This document shows, in pieces, positions 1-8,259 of a stretch of DNA of 43,338 nt. The position numbers and the translations under genes are program-made. The notes under the pieces are model-generated. The model was not told where the DNA came from and did no database searches. It saw nothing but the letters and a program-made list of their open reading frames with translations. The DNA is from Myxococcota bacterium (lineage in GTDB: Bacteria > Myxococcota_A > Polyangia > Polyangiales > Sandaracinaceae), in NCBI GenBank assembly GCA_036149055.1, contig JAYZQJ010000106.1, positions 1-43,338 on the forward strand, in the 5' to 3' direction. Numbering within the stretch: position 1 is the stretch's first letter; every line of letters starts with the position of its first letter.

Positions 1-202
1 GCCGCACGAACCACCCCGCACCGTTCGATCCCGCGGCAGCGGGCGGCCAGCGAGCGCGCAGCGCGAGCGCGAGCCGCAGGGCCCCCAGCGCCCCGTCGCT
101 GGGGTCGCGGCGCGAGCGCGAAGCGCGACCCGCCGGCGGAGTCGGGAGGGGGGCCCCATTGGCGCTTTGCCCAATGGGGGGAGGGTTTGCACCAAACCCT
201 CC
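1..202. repeat. REP-like multi-hairpin dispersed repeat element (left copy)
   Basis: 23-92 matches 43269-43338 at 68/70 nt. Contains hairpins ccccagcg/cgctgggg, gggtcgcg/cgcgaccc, ccccattgg/ccaatgggg (154-179) and a perfect 10-bp stem ggagggtttg-cac-caaaccctcc (180-202). Confidence 0.75.
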
Positions 203-209
203 AAGAAGC

Positions 210-1052
210 TCAGCCGCCTGCGATCTCGGCGGACTGCTGGCTCAGCTCGAAGTCGACGGTGGTCTCCTGGCGGGGCGAGACGCTCACCGTGCGGTGGAGG
301 ATCACCGGGTTCGAGTAGGTGGGCCGCCCGGCGCGGGTGCCGGTGACGAGCCAGCCCTCGTGCCACACGCGGAGCGCGTACTGCCCCGGGGGCACGTTCG
401 AGATCCGGAAGCGCCCGTCCTCGTCCGAGACCACCGCGTAGGGGTGGTCGAGCACGCGGAGCCAGGCGTGCTCCCACCCGTGCCCCGCGTCGCAGACCAG
501 CCGGACGAGGCCGGGCTCGCGCACCCGCCCACGCGCCGACGCCCCGGCCCGCGGCAGGCCGAGGTCGAGGACGCGGCGTCCGTCCAGGGTCCCGCTGACG
601 TTGTGCACGACGTCGTCGGCGCTCGTGAATTCGATGGGCCACCCGACGCCGACCACCGCGACGTGTGGCTCGAAGCGGCAGCCTTCGCGAGAGACGGTGA
701 CCGGCTGCGCGGGGCGCTCGAGCGGGCCGCCGGCGCTCGGGCTGACGATCTCGATCACCGCGTCGGCGACGCCGCCGCGCCCCGAGACGCGCAGCGCGCG
801 CGAGGGATGCGAGGCGCCGCACTCGTCGCGATCGGTGCGCGCGTCGAACGACGGAATCGCCGGGAGCTCGCCGGTCCAGCGCAGCTGACCCGAGATCGAT
901 CCGGCGTCGCCGAGCTCGACGACGCGGTATCCGTCGGCCGCCGCCTCCACCGGCTCGACCGGCGGCGCGCTCGGGGTGGGGCGCGGATCCTCGGAGCACG
1001 CGACGAGCAGCGACGCGATGATCACGATGCTGCGTTCGTACCCCCCTCTCAC
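210..1052 (-). CDS. Lipoprotein with cupredoxin-like and carboxypeptidase-regulatory-like (prealbumin-fold) domains
   Basis: Lipobox LLVAC; motifs GCRFEPHV, DDVVHNV, CDAGHGWEHAW, HPYAVVSDEDGRFRISNVPPGQYALRVWHE. Start trimmed to GTG at 1052. Confidence 0.75.
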   Translation of the reverse strand: MRGGYERSIVIIASLLVACSEDPRPTPSAPPVEPVEAAADGYRVVELGDAGSISGQLRWTGELPAIPSFDARTDRDECGASHPSRALRVSGRGGVADAVIEIVSPSAGGPLERPAQPVTVSREGCRFEPHVAVVGVGWPIEFTSADDVVHNVSGTLDGRRVLDLGLPRAGASARGRVREPGLVRLVCDAGHGWEHAWLRVLDHPYAVVSDEDGRFRISNVPPGQYALRVWHEGWLVTGTRAGRPTYSNPVILHRTVSVSPRQETTVDFELSQQSAEIAGG

Positions 1053-1217
1053 GCTCGCCTCCGTCGATGCGAATAGCACAGCACGTTCGCGATGGAGCAC
1101 TTTCGGAGCAAGAAGGGGAAAGGATTCTGCACGAGGCGCGCAGACCGCTCGAAGAAAGCGCGCGATCATGGAGAACGACGTTGCCGGCGAGAGCCAGCTT
1201 TGGAACTCTGTTCGTCG

Positions 1218-2651
1218 ATGACGAAGCGGCTCACCGTCCTGCTGTCGCTCCTGCTCGCCTCTGCGACCGCGCGAGCCCAGGACATCGATCCGGAGCCCGG
1301 CGCCTGTCCGGCGGGGAGCGTCGGCTGCCATCGGGTGGACGTCGACTTCAACCACCGCGACGCGCTCTTCGACGACGTCAGCTTCGACACCGGCTGGGTG
1401 CCGGCGGGCTCACCGCTGCAGGTGCGCTTCGCCCTCGACCTCGGCGGCTCCACCGAGGTCGACCTCGGCGGCACGGTCGTCACCAGCTGGCCGCCCGGGC
1501 TCGAGATGCGCGTCCCGGGTCGCCCCGGGACCGGACGGCTCGCGCTGAACTACGGCTTCGAGATCATCGCGCGCATCCGCTTCGACGTGACCGTGGCCGG
1601 GGTCCGCTACACCTGGGAGGGCGACATCCCCCTCCCCGGCGGCGTGCCGCGCGACCTCAGGCTCGCCGACACCCTCGAGTTCGATCCCTTCGTGCTGCCG
1701 GGCGCCGATCCCCGGCCGGTGGCCGCGTGGGACGACACCGACATGATCCGGGTCTTCGAGGTGGACCTCACCGACTCGATCATCCCCATCCCGGGGATCG
1801 GCGGCGGCTTCGTGCTCGAGGCGGTCGCGGAGCTCGAGGGCACCTACCGCACCGAGCGCATCGAGATCGGCGACGCCATCGCGCCGATCTTCATGGAGGG
1901 CGCGCCCACCGTGGTGCGGCCGGACATGGGCGCGGCCGGCTTCGGTGCGGCGAAAGACACCACCGTCCTGCCCATCGGCATCCTCGGTTACCAGGGCGTC
2001 ATCCGGCTGCTGCCCGGGCTCTTCATCGAGATCGCCGGCCGCCGCTTCGACCTGACGCTGGCCGACGTCCCGGTCCCGATCGCCGACCTCGAGTCGGAGA
2101 CGACGTTCGAGCCGGCCGAGGTCCACGTGCCGCTCCCGGACGTGCGGGTGGCGCCGAGCGTGCTGAGCTTCGGCCCGGTGCCGGCGGGTGGCCGCGCCGA
2201 GCGCCTGCTCACGGTGGAGAACCTCGGCGAGGCGCCCCTGACCGTGGCCCCCCGCGCGCCCGCGGCGGGCCCCTTCGACTGGAGCCTGGCGCCGCTGACC
2301 ATCCCGCCGCGCTCGAGCCAGCGGCTCGCCGTCGCCTTCTCGCCCGAGTCCGCGGGGGCGCGCGCCGCCGTGCTCCTGCTCGACACCAACGACCCCGACG
2401 CGTCGCTCGTGACGGTGCGCCTGGACGGGCTCGGCGAGGCCAGCGCCGAGAGCGACGCGGGCTACGCGGACGCCGGGGTCGGCGCCGACGCGGGCGGGCC
2501 CTTCGGACCGACCGACGGCGGCTGCGGCTGCCGGACCGGCGGGACGAGCGAGCTCCCGGGCTGGGCGCTCGTCCCGCTGTTCGGGCTGGGGCTCGTGCTC
2601 AGGAGAGGGTCCCGACGGCGTCGGCGATCCGCTCGAGGCCCTCCTCGATGA
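1218..2651 (+). CDS. Secreted surface protein with ASH/choice-of-anchor-D Ig-like domain and MYXO-CTERM-like tail
   Basis: Signal peptide MTKRLTVLL...ARA; LSFGPV...LTVENLGEAPLTV...TNDPD Ig motif; C-terminal GGCGCR + hydrophobic helix + Arg-rich end. Confidence 0.8.
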   Translation: MTKRLTVLLSLLLASATARAQDIDPEPGACPAGSVGCHRVDVDFNHRDALFDDVSFDTGWVPAGSPLQVRFALDLGGSTEVDLGGTVVTSWPPGLEMRVPGRPGTGRLALNYGFEIIARIRFDVTVAGVRYTWEGDIPLPGGVPRDLRLADTLEFDPFVLPGADPRPVAAWDDTDMIRVFEVDLTDSIIPIPGIGGGFVLEAVAELEGTYRTERIEIGDAIAPIFMEGAPTVVRPDMGAAGFGAAKDTTVLPIGILGYQGVIRLLPGLFIEIAGRRFDLTLADVPVPIADLESETTFEPAEVHVPLPDVRVAPSVLSFGPVPAGGRAERLLTVENLGEAPLTVAPRAPAAGPFDWSLAPLTIPPRSSQRLAVAFSPESAGARAAVLLLDTNDPDASLVTVRLDGLGEASAESDAGYADAGVGADAGGPFGPTDGGCGCRTGGTSELPGWALVPLFGLGLVLRRGSRRRRRSARGPPR

Positions 2652-3801
2652 GCTCCATCGAGGTGGCGTAGCTCAGTCGGATGTAGCCGGGGGCGCCGAA
2701 CGCGGTGCCGGGGACGACCGCGACCCGGGCCGCCTCGAGCAGCCACATCGAGAGCGCGACGTCGTCCTCGAGCGCGCCGCCCGCGTGCTTCTTGCCGACG
2801 AGCGCGCTGACGTTGGGGAACGCGTAGAAGGCGCCCTCGGGCTGCCGGCAGGTGATCCCGTCGATGGCGTTGAGCCCGTCCACGATGGCGGCGCGGCGCT
2901 TCGCGAAGGCGGCCCGCATCTCCTCGATGGGCGCCTTGTCGCCGTTGAGGGCGGCGGCGGCGGCGTGCTGCGAGACGGCGGCCGGGTTGGTGGTGGACTG
3001 GCCCTGGATCTTCTCGACCGCCTTGGCCACGTGCGCCGGCGCGATGGCCCAGCCGATGCGCCAGCCGGTCATCGCGTAGGTCTTGGAGACGCCGTCGACC
3101 ACGATGATGCGGTCCCGGAGCTCGGGCGCGAGGGTCAGGAGCGACTCCTGCTGGAAGCCGTCGTAGACGAGCTCGGCGTAGATCTCGTCGACGATGATCC
3201 AGTAGTCACCCTTCGCCTTGGCGACGTCGGCGAGCGCCCGGAGCTGCGCCCCGGTGTAGGCCGAGCCGGTCGGGTTCGACGGCGAGCAGAGGATGAGCGC
3301 CTTGGTCTTGTCGGTGACGGCCGCCTCGAGGGCCTCGGGCGTGAGCCGGAAGCCGTCCTCCTCGCGGGTCTCGAGCACCTTGGGCGTCGCGCCGACGAAG
3401 CGGCACTGCGCGGGGTAGCTGACCCAGTGCGGCGCGGGCACGAGGATCTCGTCGCCCTCGTCGAAGAGCGCGAGGGCGAGGTTGAAGAGGGTGTGCTTGG
3501 CCCCCACCGAGGCGACGATCTCCTCGGTGCTCGGCTTGACGCCGCGGCGGCGCTCGCAGTCGTCGGCGATGGCGTTCAGGAGGGGATCGACCCCCCGCAC
3601 CCGGGTGTAGTGGGTGGCGCCGCCGTCGATGGCGGCCTTGGCGGCCTCGCAGATGGCGGGCGGCGTGGAGAAGTCGGGCTCACCGACGCCGAAGGCGATG
3701 ACGTCGACGCCCTGCGCTTTCAGCTCGTTGGCCTTCTGGGTCATGGCGAGGGTCGCCGAGGGCTTCATCGCCTGGACGCGGCGGGAGAGCTCGAAGGTCA
3801 T
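2599..3801 (-). CDS. aspC: Aspartate aminotransferase (class I/II PLP-dependent)
   Basis: GVGEPDF, SPSNPTG, DEIY and the PLP-lysine motif VSKTYAMTGWRIG; 400 aa. Confidence 0.92.
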   Translation of the reverse strand: MTFELSRRVQAMKPSATLAMTQKANELKAQGVDVIAFGVGEPDFSTPPAICEAAKAAIDGGATHYTRVRGVDPLLNAIADDCERRRGVKPSTEEIVASVGAKHTLFNLALALFDEGDEILVPAPHWVSYPAQCRFVGATPKVLETREEDGFRLTPEALEAAVTDKTKALILCSPSNPTGSAYTGAQLRALADVAKAKGDYWIIVDEIYAELVYDGFQQESLLTLAPELRDRIIVVDGVSKTYAMTGWRIGWAIAPAHVAKAVEKIQGQSTTNPAAVSQHAAAAALNGDKAPIEEMRAAFAKRRAAIVDGLNAIDGITCRQPEGAFYAFPNVSALVGKKHAGGALEDDVALSMWLLEAARVAVVPGTAFGAPGYIRLSYATSMELIEEGLERIADAVGTLS

Positions 3802-3849
3802 GGGGGTTGTGCTCCTGAGTTGAGAGGAAAGGTCAGGCGGATCCCGGCT

Positions 3850-4269
3850 TCACGACGTTCCCGGCTTCACGACGATCACCGTGCAGGGCGCGTCGCGGAC
3901 GACGCTCTGGGCGACGCTGCCGAGCAGCAGCCGGTCGAGCCCACGTCGGCCGTGCGTGCCCATCACGATGGTGTCGCAGCGCTGGCTCTGCGCCGCGGCG
4001 AGGATGCTCTCTGCCGGCTTGCCCTGCGAGACCGCGAACCGGAGGCCCACCGAGGCGGGCACGTCTTCGTCGGCGTAGGCGTCGTCGACGAAGGCTCGCA
4101 CCTTCGTCACCGCCTGCTCGAGAGCGGGGAGCGCGTCGTCCTCCACCACGTGATGGAAGAAGACCTCGGTCACCTCGAGCCGGTTCAAGTGCTCGATCGC
4201 CCAGCGACACGCCAACCGTGACGCGGCGCTGAAGTCGACGGCGACCAGGATCCGCACAGCCGACCTCAT
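3850..4269 (-). CDS. Universal stress protein (UspA family)
   Basis: ILVAVDFS and IVMGTHGRRGLDRLLLGSVAQSVVRDAPCTVIVV motifs. Confidence 0.92.
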   Translation of the reverse strand: MRSAVRILVAVDFSAASRLACRWAIEHLNRLEVTEVFFHHVVEDDALPALEQAVTKVRAFVDDAYADEDVPASVGLRFAVSQGKPAESILAAAQSQRCDTIVMGTHGRRGLDRLLLGSVAQSVVRDAPCTVIVVKPGTS

Positions 4270-4285
4270 AGCACCGAACGCTCCG

Positions 4286-4320
4286 CCTCACAGCCCCCCG
4301 CAAAGTCGGGGGGCGTGAGG
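4286..4320. terminator. Strong GC-rich hairpin (terminator or 5'-UTR structure of the USP gene)
   Basis: cctcac(a)gccccccg-caaagt-cggggggcgtgagg, 16 nt upstream of the USP start codon. Confidence 0.45.
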
Positions 4321-4460
4321 CCCCGTGCCCGTGCCCCTGCCCGTGCCCGTGCCCGTCCGAATCCGGCCCTCTCGTCATCGACGCATCCAGCCCGCCCCCG
4401 CCTCCGTTCTCGCCGCCGCTCCCGCCTGCGCCCATGCGGCGGGCGGCTCCAGGTCCGACA

Positions 4461-4577
4461 CCGAGTCCGAGTCCGAGTCCGAGTCCGAGTCCGAGTCCGA
4501 GGCCGAGTCCGAGTCCGAGTCCGAGTCCGAGGCCGAGTCCGAGTCCGAATCCGAGGCCGCGGCCGAGTCCGAGTCCG
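4461..4577. repeat. Hexanucleotide tandem repeat (CCGAGT)n, about 19 units with CCGAGG variants
   Basis: Directly visible; reads as ES-, DS-, PS- or RV-dipeptide runs in different frames. A shorter (GCCCGT)n run lies at about 4322-4356. Confidence 0.9.
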
Positions 4578-4805
4578 GCACCCTCGGTGTCGACGCAGAC
4601 CAGGGGAGGTGAGAGGTGGGAGGCGAGGAGGAATTGCTAGTGCAGAGATCCGACCGGTAGACGGGGAGATGGCGCCGGACCGGCGTTTCAGGGCAAGGCG
4701 CGACGACGAGTCGATGCCCCGCATCGGCGAGGAGGAGCAACGCCGCCCTGGAGCGTCGGGACAAGTCAGGTCCCCTTCTACCGGGATGGATCTCGCACTA
4801 GTTCG

Positions 4806-5471
4806 TTCTTGGCGGCTTCGCGCCTTGGCGAGAGCACATGTCCGCATCGCTGCCGCACACCAGCGCGACCGACCGGCTCCGAGCCGGCGAGCCTCCATCC
4901 CGCCGCCCCCTTCCTTCTTGGCGGCTTCGCGCCTTGGCGAGAGCCCATGTGCCCCTGTCGCTGCCGAAAACCAGCGCCGACCGCCCGGCTCCGAGCCGGC
5001 GAGCCTCCATCCCGCCGCCCCTCTGCGACTCTGCGTCTCTGCGAGAGACCCAATCGAAGCGTCATGTGCGCTCGCGACCGGCAGTCGGGGGGGGGGTGGC
5101 GAGCCTCCAGCCCGGCGCCCCCTCCGTTCGTGGCGGCGTCGGGGCATGGCGCGAGCACCTGTCCGGGCGGCCGCCCGACCGCGCGGCGACCGCCCGGCTC
5201 CGAGCCGGCGAGCCTCCATCCCGCCGCCCCTCTGCGACTCTGCGCCTCTGCGAGAGACCCAATCGAAGCGTCATGGGCGCTCGCGACCGGCAGTCCGGGG
5301 GTGAGGTGGCGAGCCTCCATCCCGTCGCCCCCTTCCTTCTTGGCGGCTTCGCGCCTTGGCGAGAGCACATGTCCCCGTCGCTGCCGGACAGCCGCGCGAC
5401 CGCACGGCCCCGAGGCGGCGAGGCATCATCGCACTGCCGCTTCGTTGGCGGCTCCGCACCTTGGCGAGAGC
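4806..5471. repeat. Modular intergenic repeat array (about 100-110 bp units, two alternating module types)
   Basis: Shared linker ggcgagcctccatcccgccgcccc near 4886, 4998, 5098, 5207, 5308 and (degenerate) 5417. Module A is ttcttggcggcttcgcgccttggcgagagc...; module B is ctctgcgactctgcgyctctgcgagagacccaatcgaagcgtcat... Confidence 0.85.
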
Positions 5472-5478
5472 CTAGGAC

Positions 5479-6138
5479 TCAACGACGAGAGCGGTCCCAG
5501 ATGGGAGGTCGACGGAGGCCTTCGCCGGACCACTCGAGGGTGAGGCCGTAGCGGTAGGAGCGCGCGCGGAAGGGCGGCACGCTGAGGGCGCGGAGGGCGT
5601 CGCGGAGGCAGTCGTGGGTGAGCATCGAGTAGCCGTCGTGCTCGGAGACGTTGAGGAGCTCCACCGCGCGGGCGGCGCCGTTGCGGCCCTCGAACACGAC
5701 CTGCGCCTGGATGCGGGCGGAGTCGCCCTCCGGGAGGCAGGCGTCGAGGGTGGACCAGCGCGCCTCGACCTCCTCGTCGACCTCGACCCGCGCCGGGGTC
5801 TGTCGCGCCGCTCCGGGGGCGCCTTCGTAGACCGGCTCGTCGGGGCCGGTGACGAGCCAGAATGGCCCGGTCGCGATCAGCACGAGGACGGCGAGCATCA
5901 GCACCGTGACGGCACCGAGGAGAGCCAGGAGGAGGCGGCGGCGCGGCCTGGGCATCTTGCCGTCGAGCCGCTCGAGCAGAGCGTCGATCGCGGCGCGCTC
6001 CTGATCGAGACGCGCGCGGGACTCGGCGAGCTCGGCCCGCAGGCCCGCCAGCTCCTCGCGTGAGACGGCGCCGGCCGCCTGCCGCTCGAGCTCGGCGATC
6101 CGATCCTTCAGCGCCTGACGGTCGTCGCGGTACCCCAC
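5479..6138 (-). CDS. Membrane protein: N-terminal coiled coil, one TM helix, AgmX/TonB-C-like C-terminal domain
   Basis: MGYRDDRQALKDRIAELE coiled coil; hydrophobic LLLALLGAVTVLMLAVLVLIA; C-terminal ...DAC...CLRDALRALSVPPF pattern. Confidence 0.65.
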   Translation of the reverse strand: MGYRDDRQALKDRIAELERQAAGAVSREELAGLRAELAESRARLDQERAAIDALLERLDGKMPRPRRRLLLALLGAVTVLMLAVLVLIATGPFWLVTGPDEPVYEGAPGAARQTPARVEVDEEVEARWSTLDACLPEGDSARIQAQVVFEGRNGAARAVELLNVSEHDGYSMLTHDCLRDALRALSVPPFRARSYRYGLTLEWSGEGLRRPPIWDRSRR

Positions 6139-6142
6139 CGCG

Positions 6143-6712
6143 TCACTCTACCTCGTGCCAGGCCGGCCCGAGGAAGGCGCGGCGGATGGGGGCGCGGCAG
6201 AACGCGTAGAGCCCCATCAGGCCGAGCGGCGGGAAGCACGCGGTCCACAGGCCGAAGGTCACCACCGCGAGGTGCCAGCCCCACTTCCGGCGGCGCAGGA
6301 CCCCGAGTGCGGCGAGCAGCGGGGAGGCGGTGAGCAGGAGGCAGGCGACGAAGCCGAGGAGCGCGAGCACCGGCTCGGCGGTGTCGAGCTGCCGGAGGAA
6401 GCGGCGCACGCCGCCAGCGCTCAGGTCGAGCTGCCCGTAGAACGAGCTGGCGACCCCGTTCACCCACACCAGGACGCTGAGGAGCGCGCCCACCAGCCCG
6501 ACGATCGGCAGCATCACCTGGCCGATCCCGAAGTACGCGTCCCCGCGGAGCTTCGCCTCCTCCGACGCGCCGGTGCGCAGCCCCTCGAGCTCCTCCCGCA
6601 GGCGCGCGTTCTCCGCCTCCGCCCGCTCGGCCCGCTTCGTGAGCTGAGCCACCTCCGCCTCGAGCCCCTCGCTGCGCGCCTTCTCGGCCACCACCTGATC
6701 GCGAAACCCCAT
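6143..6712 (-). CDS. Membrane protein with N-terminal coiled coil and several TM helices
   Basis: MGFRDQVV...EAEVAQLTKRAERAEAEN followed by hydrophobic segments; ATG at 6712; ends 4 nt before the next gene. Confidence 0.7.
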   Translation of the reverse strand: MGFRDQVVAEKARSEGLEAEVAQLTKRAERAEAENARLREELEGLRTGASEEAKLRGDAYFGIGQVMLPIVGLVGALLSVLVWVNGVASSFYGQLDLSAGGVRRFLRQLDTAEPVLALLGFVACLLLTASPLLAALGVLRRRKWGWHLAVVTFGLWTACFPPLGLMGLYAFCRAPIRRAFLGPAWHEVE

Positions 6713-6803
6713 GCGCCGCCTCCGTTCCTTCGAGGCGGCCCATCGGCCGACGCTTGGGTCGGTTTCGCGGGAGGCTGCGCGGGCCTGTACCCTCGGCGCT
6801 CCC

Positions 6804-7586
6804 ATGATGGACGCCGCGCCGGACTCATCGCCGCCGAAGCCGTTCGTGCTCGAGCGCGTGACATCTCTCGAGTGGTACGACGGCCCCGTCACCGCCGTCG
6901 TGCGCGAGGCGTCGACCGGCCCGTGGCTCTGCTTCCTGCTGAGCGCCCGACGTCCACGCATCTCGGGTCTCACGCGCACCACGGCCGAGCACGCCGACGC
7001 CATCGAGGCGATGTGCACGAGCGCTCCCAGCGGCCCCTGGCAGCGCCTCGTGCGCCGGTTCCACGTCGCCCTGGCCGAGTCCACGGGCCCCCTCGTCCTC
7101 CTCCGCGGCCCCGTGCTGCGCCCCGGAGAGCCCCTGGAGCAGACCGCGATCGACTGGGAGGCCTACCGCGGTCGCGTCACGTTCTCCGGCGAGGACGCCC
7201 TCGAGCCCGGGCGCGTCGACCTGTGGACCGAGGTCTTCGAGTGCGCGCTCGAGGACGATCGCGTGCGCGACCGGTTCCGGCAGTGGGCCGAGGCGAACGG
7301 CTTCGGCCTCCGGAGCCTCGGGGGGTCGTTCCCCGACGGCCAGCTGATGGTCCATCTGCCGCCCGACGCACCGGGCGTGGTCTCGGCCTGGGTCGGCGTG
7401 GAGGTCGGCGTGGAGGTCGGCGTGGAGACCGACGGGAAGTCCTGGCAGCTGCAGGTCACGGAGCACGGCGGCCGGACGTGGGTGCGAGCCGTCTCTTCGG
7501 AGGAGGAGGCTCGCCGCGTCGCCGAGGCCTACCTGCGATCGCCGGCCCGCCCGCCGGGCGCCGGGTGGCGCGAGACCCAGGACTGA
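6804..7586 (+). CDS. Hypothetical protein
   Basis: Open frame with host-like codon usage and balanced composition (LEWYDGP motif); contains (gtcggcgtggag)x3 near 7392-7427. Confidence 0.6.
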   Translation: MMDAAPDSSPPKPFVLERVTSLEWYDGPVTAVVREASTGPWLCFLLSARRPRISGLTRTTAEHADAIEAMCTSAPSGPWQRLVRRFHVALAESTGPLVLLRGPVLRPGEPLEQTAIDWEAYRGRVTFSGEDALEPGRVDLWTEVFECALEDDRVRDRFRQWAEANGFGLRSLGGSFPDGQLMVHLPPDAPGVVSAWVGVEVGVEVGVETDGKSWQLQVTEHGGRTWVRAVSSEEEARRVAEAYLRSPARPPGAGWRETQD

Positions 7587-7722
7587 AGATGCGGCAAACA
7601 TTGCCGCAGCTTCCACGCGCGTCAGCGCGTGAGATGGGGCGACCGCCCGAGCCGGCTTTGCCGATCGGGCGGGAGGGGCCGCATGGGGGCGCATGCCCCC
7701 TCCGGAAACCGAGACCGCTCGC

Positions 7723-8259
7723 TCATCGGGCGAAGTAGGCGAGCTTGGCGGCGCGCCATCCGTCGAGGTCCGCGAAGTCCCCGGCCGCCTCGCACTGCCT
7801 CAGGTAACCCGCCGCGCGGGCGGCCTCGGGGTCATCGAGAGCGTCGAGGTGCGCCAGCGTCTCCCGCACGCCGGCGCCGACGATGTACTGGACGTCGAGC
7901 CCGACGCCCGTGTCGAAGTCGATGTGCTTCGCGCGCCAGATGAGCAGCGCGTCCTCGACGAACCCGAGCCCCGACAAGAGCAGCGCCGGCCAGTAGAGCT
8001 GCTCGAAGTCGTAGTCGTCGTCTTCGAGCAGATCGTCGTCGTCTTCCATGCGCAGATCGACCTCGTGCCGCAGCAGGACACGCAGCAGGGGCGCCTGCGC
8101 GGGCGATGGACGCGCTTGCATCTCCGCGTAGAGGCGGGCGCGGCGATTCGGGTCGCTCAGGAGCGCCTCGGCTTCGTCCGAGGCCAGCCAGACGTCCGTG
8201 GGCGCGTTCCCCTCTAGCAGGGCGACGAGGGCTGGATCCATCGACCCCGGGTGCGTCAT
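7723..8259 (-). CDS. Conserved hypothetical protein
   Basis: ATGA overlap with the upstream SctR/FliP stop; globular-looking sequence (IWRAKHIDFDTGVGLDVQYIVGAG). Confidence 0.65.
   Translation of the reverse strand: MTHPGSMDPALVALLEGNAPTDVWLASDEAEALLSDPNRRARLYAEMQARPSPAQAPLLRVLLRHEVDLRMEDDDDLLEDDDYDFEQLYWPALLLSGLGFVEDALLIWRAKHIDFDTGVGLDVQYIVGAGVRETLAHLDALDDPEAARAAGYLRQCEAAGDFADLDGWRAAKLAYFAR

Noticed and set aside
23..32. tRNA or tRNA-derived att site (GTTCGATCCC, also at 43269)
   Set aside because: No T-stem pairing, cloverleaf or CCA end around the motif, and no integrase.
1200..1216. Sigma54 promoter (TGGAAC...)
   Set aside because: The -12 position reads GT rather than GC, and it abuts the start codon.
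4806..5471. CRISPR array
   Set aside because: The intervals between the constant linkers are 75-90 nt and homologous to each other rather than unique spacers; no cas genes in the window.
4266..5551. Multiple overlapping ORFs across the repeat region
   Set aside because: Arg/Pro/Ser-rich low-complexity translations of DNA repeats with no protein motifs.
7588..7705. Intergenic hairpins as an ncRNA or another copy of the terminal element
   Set aside because: Several short stems between convergent genes, with no convincing sequence match to 1-202; most simply terminator-like.
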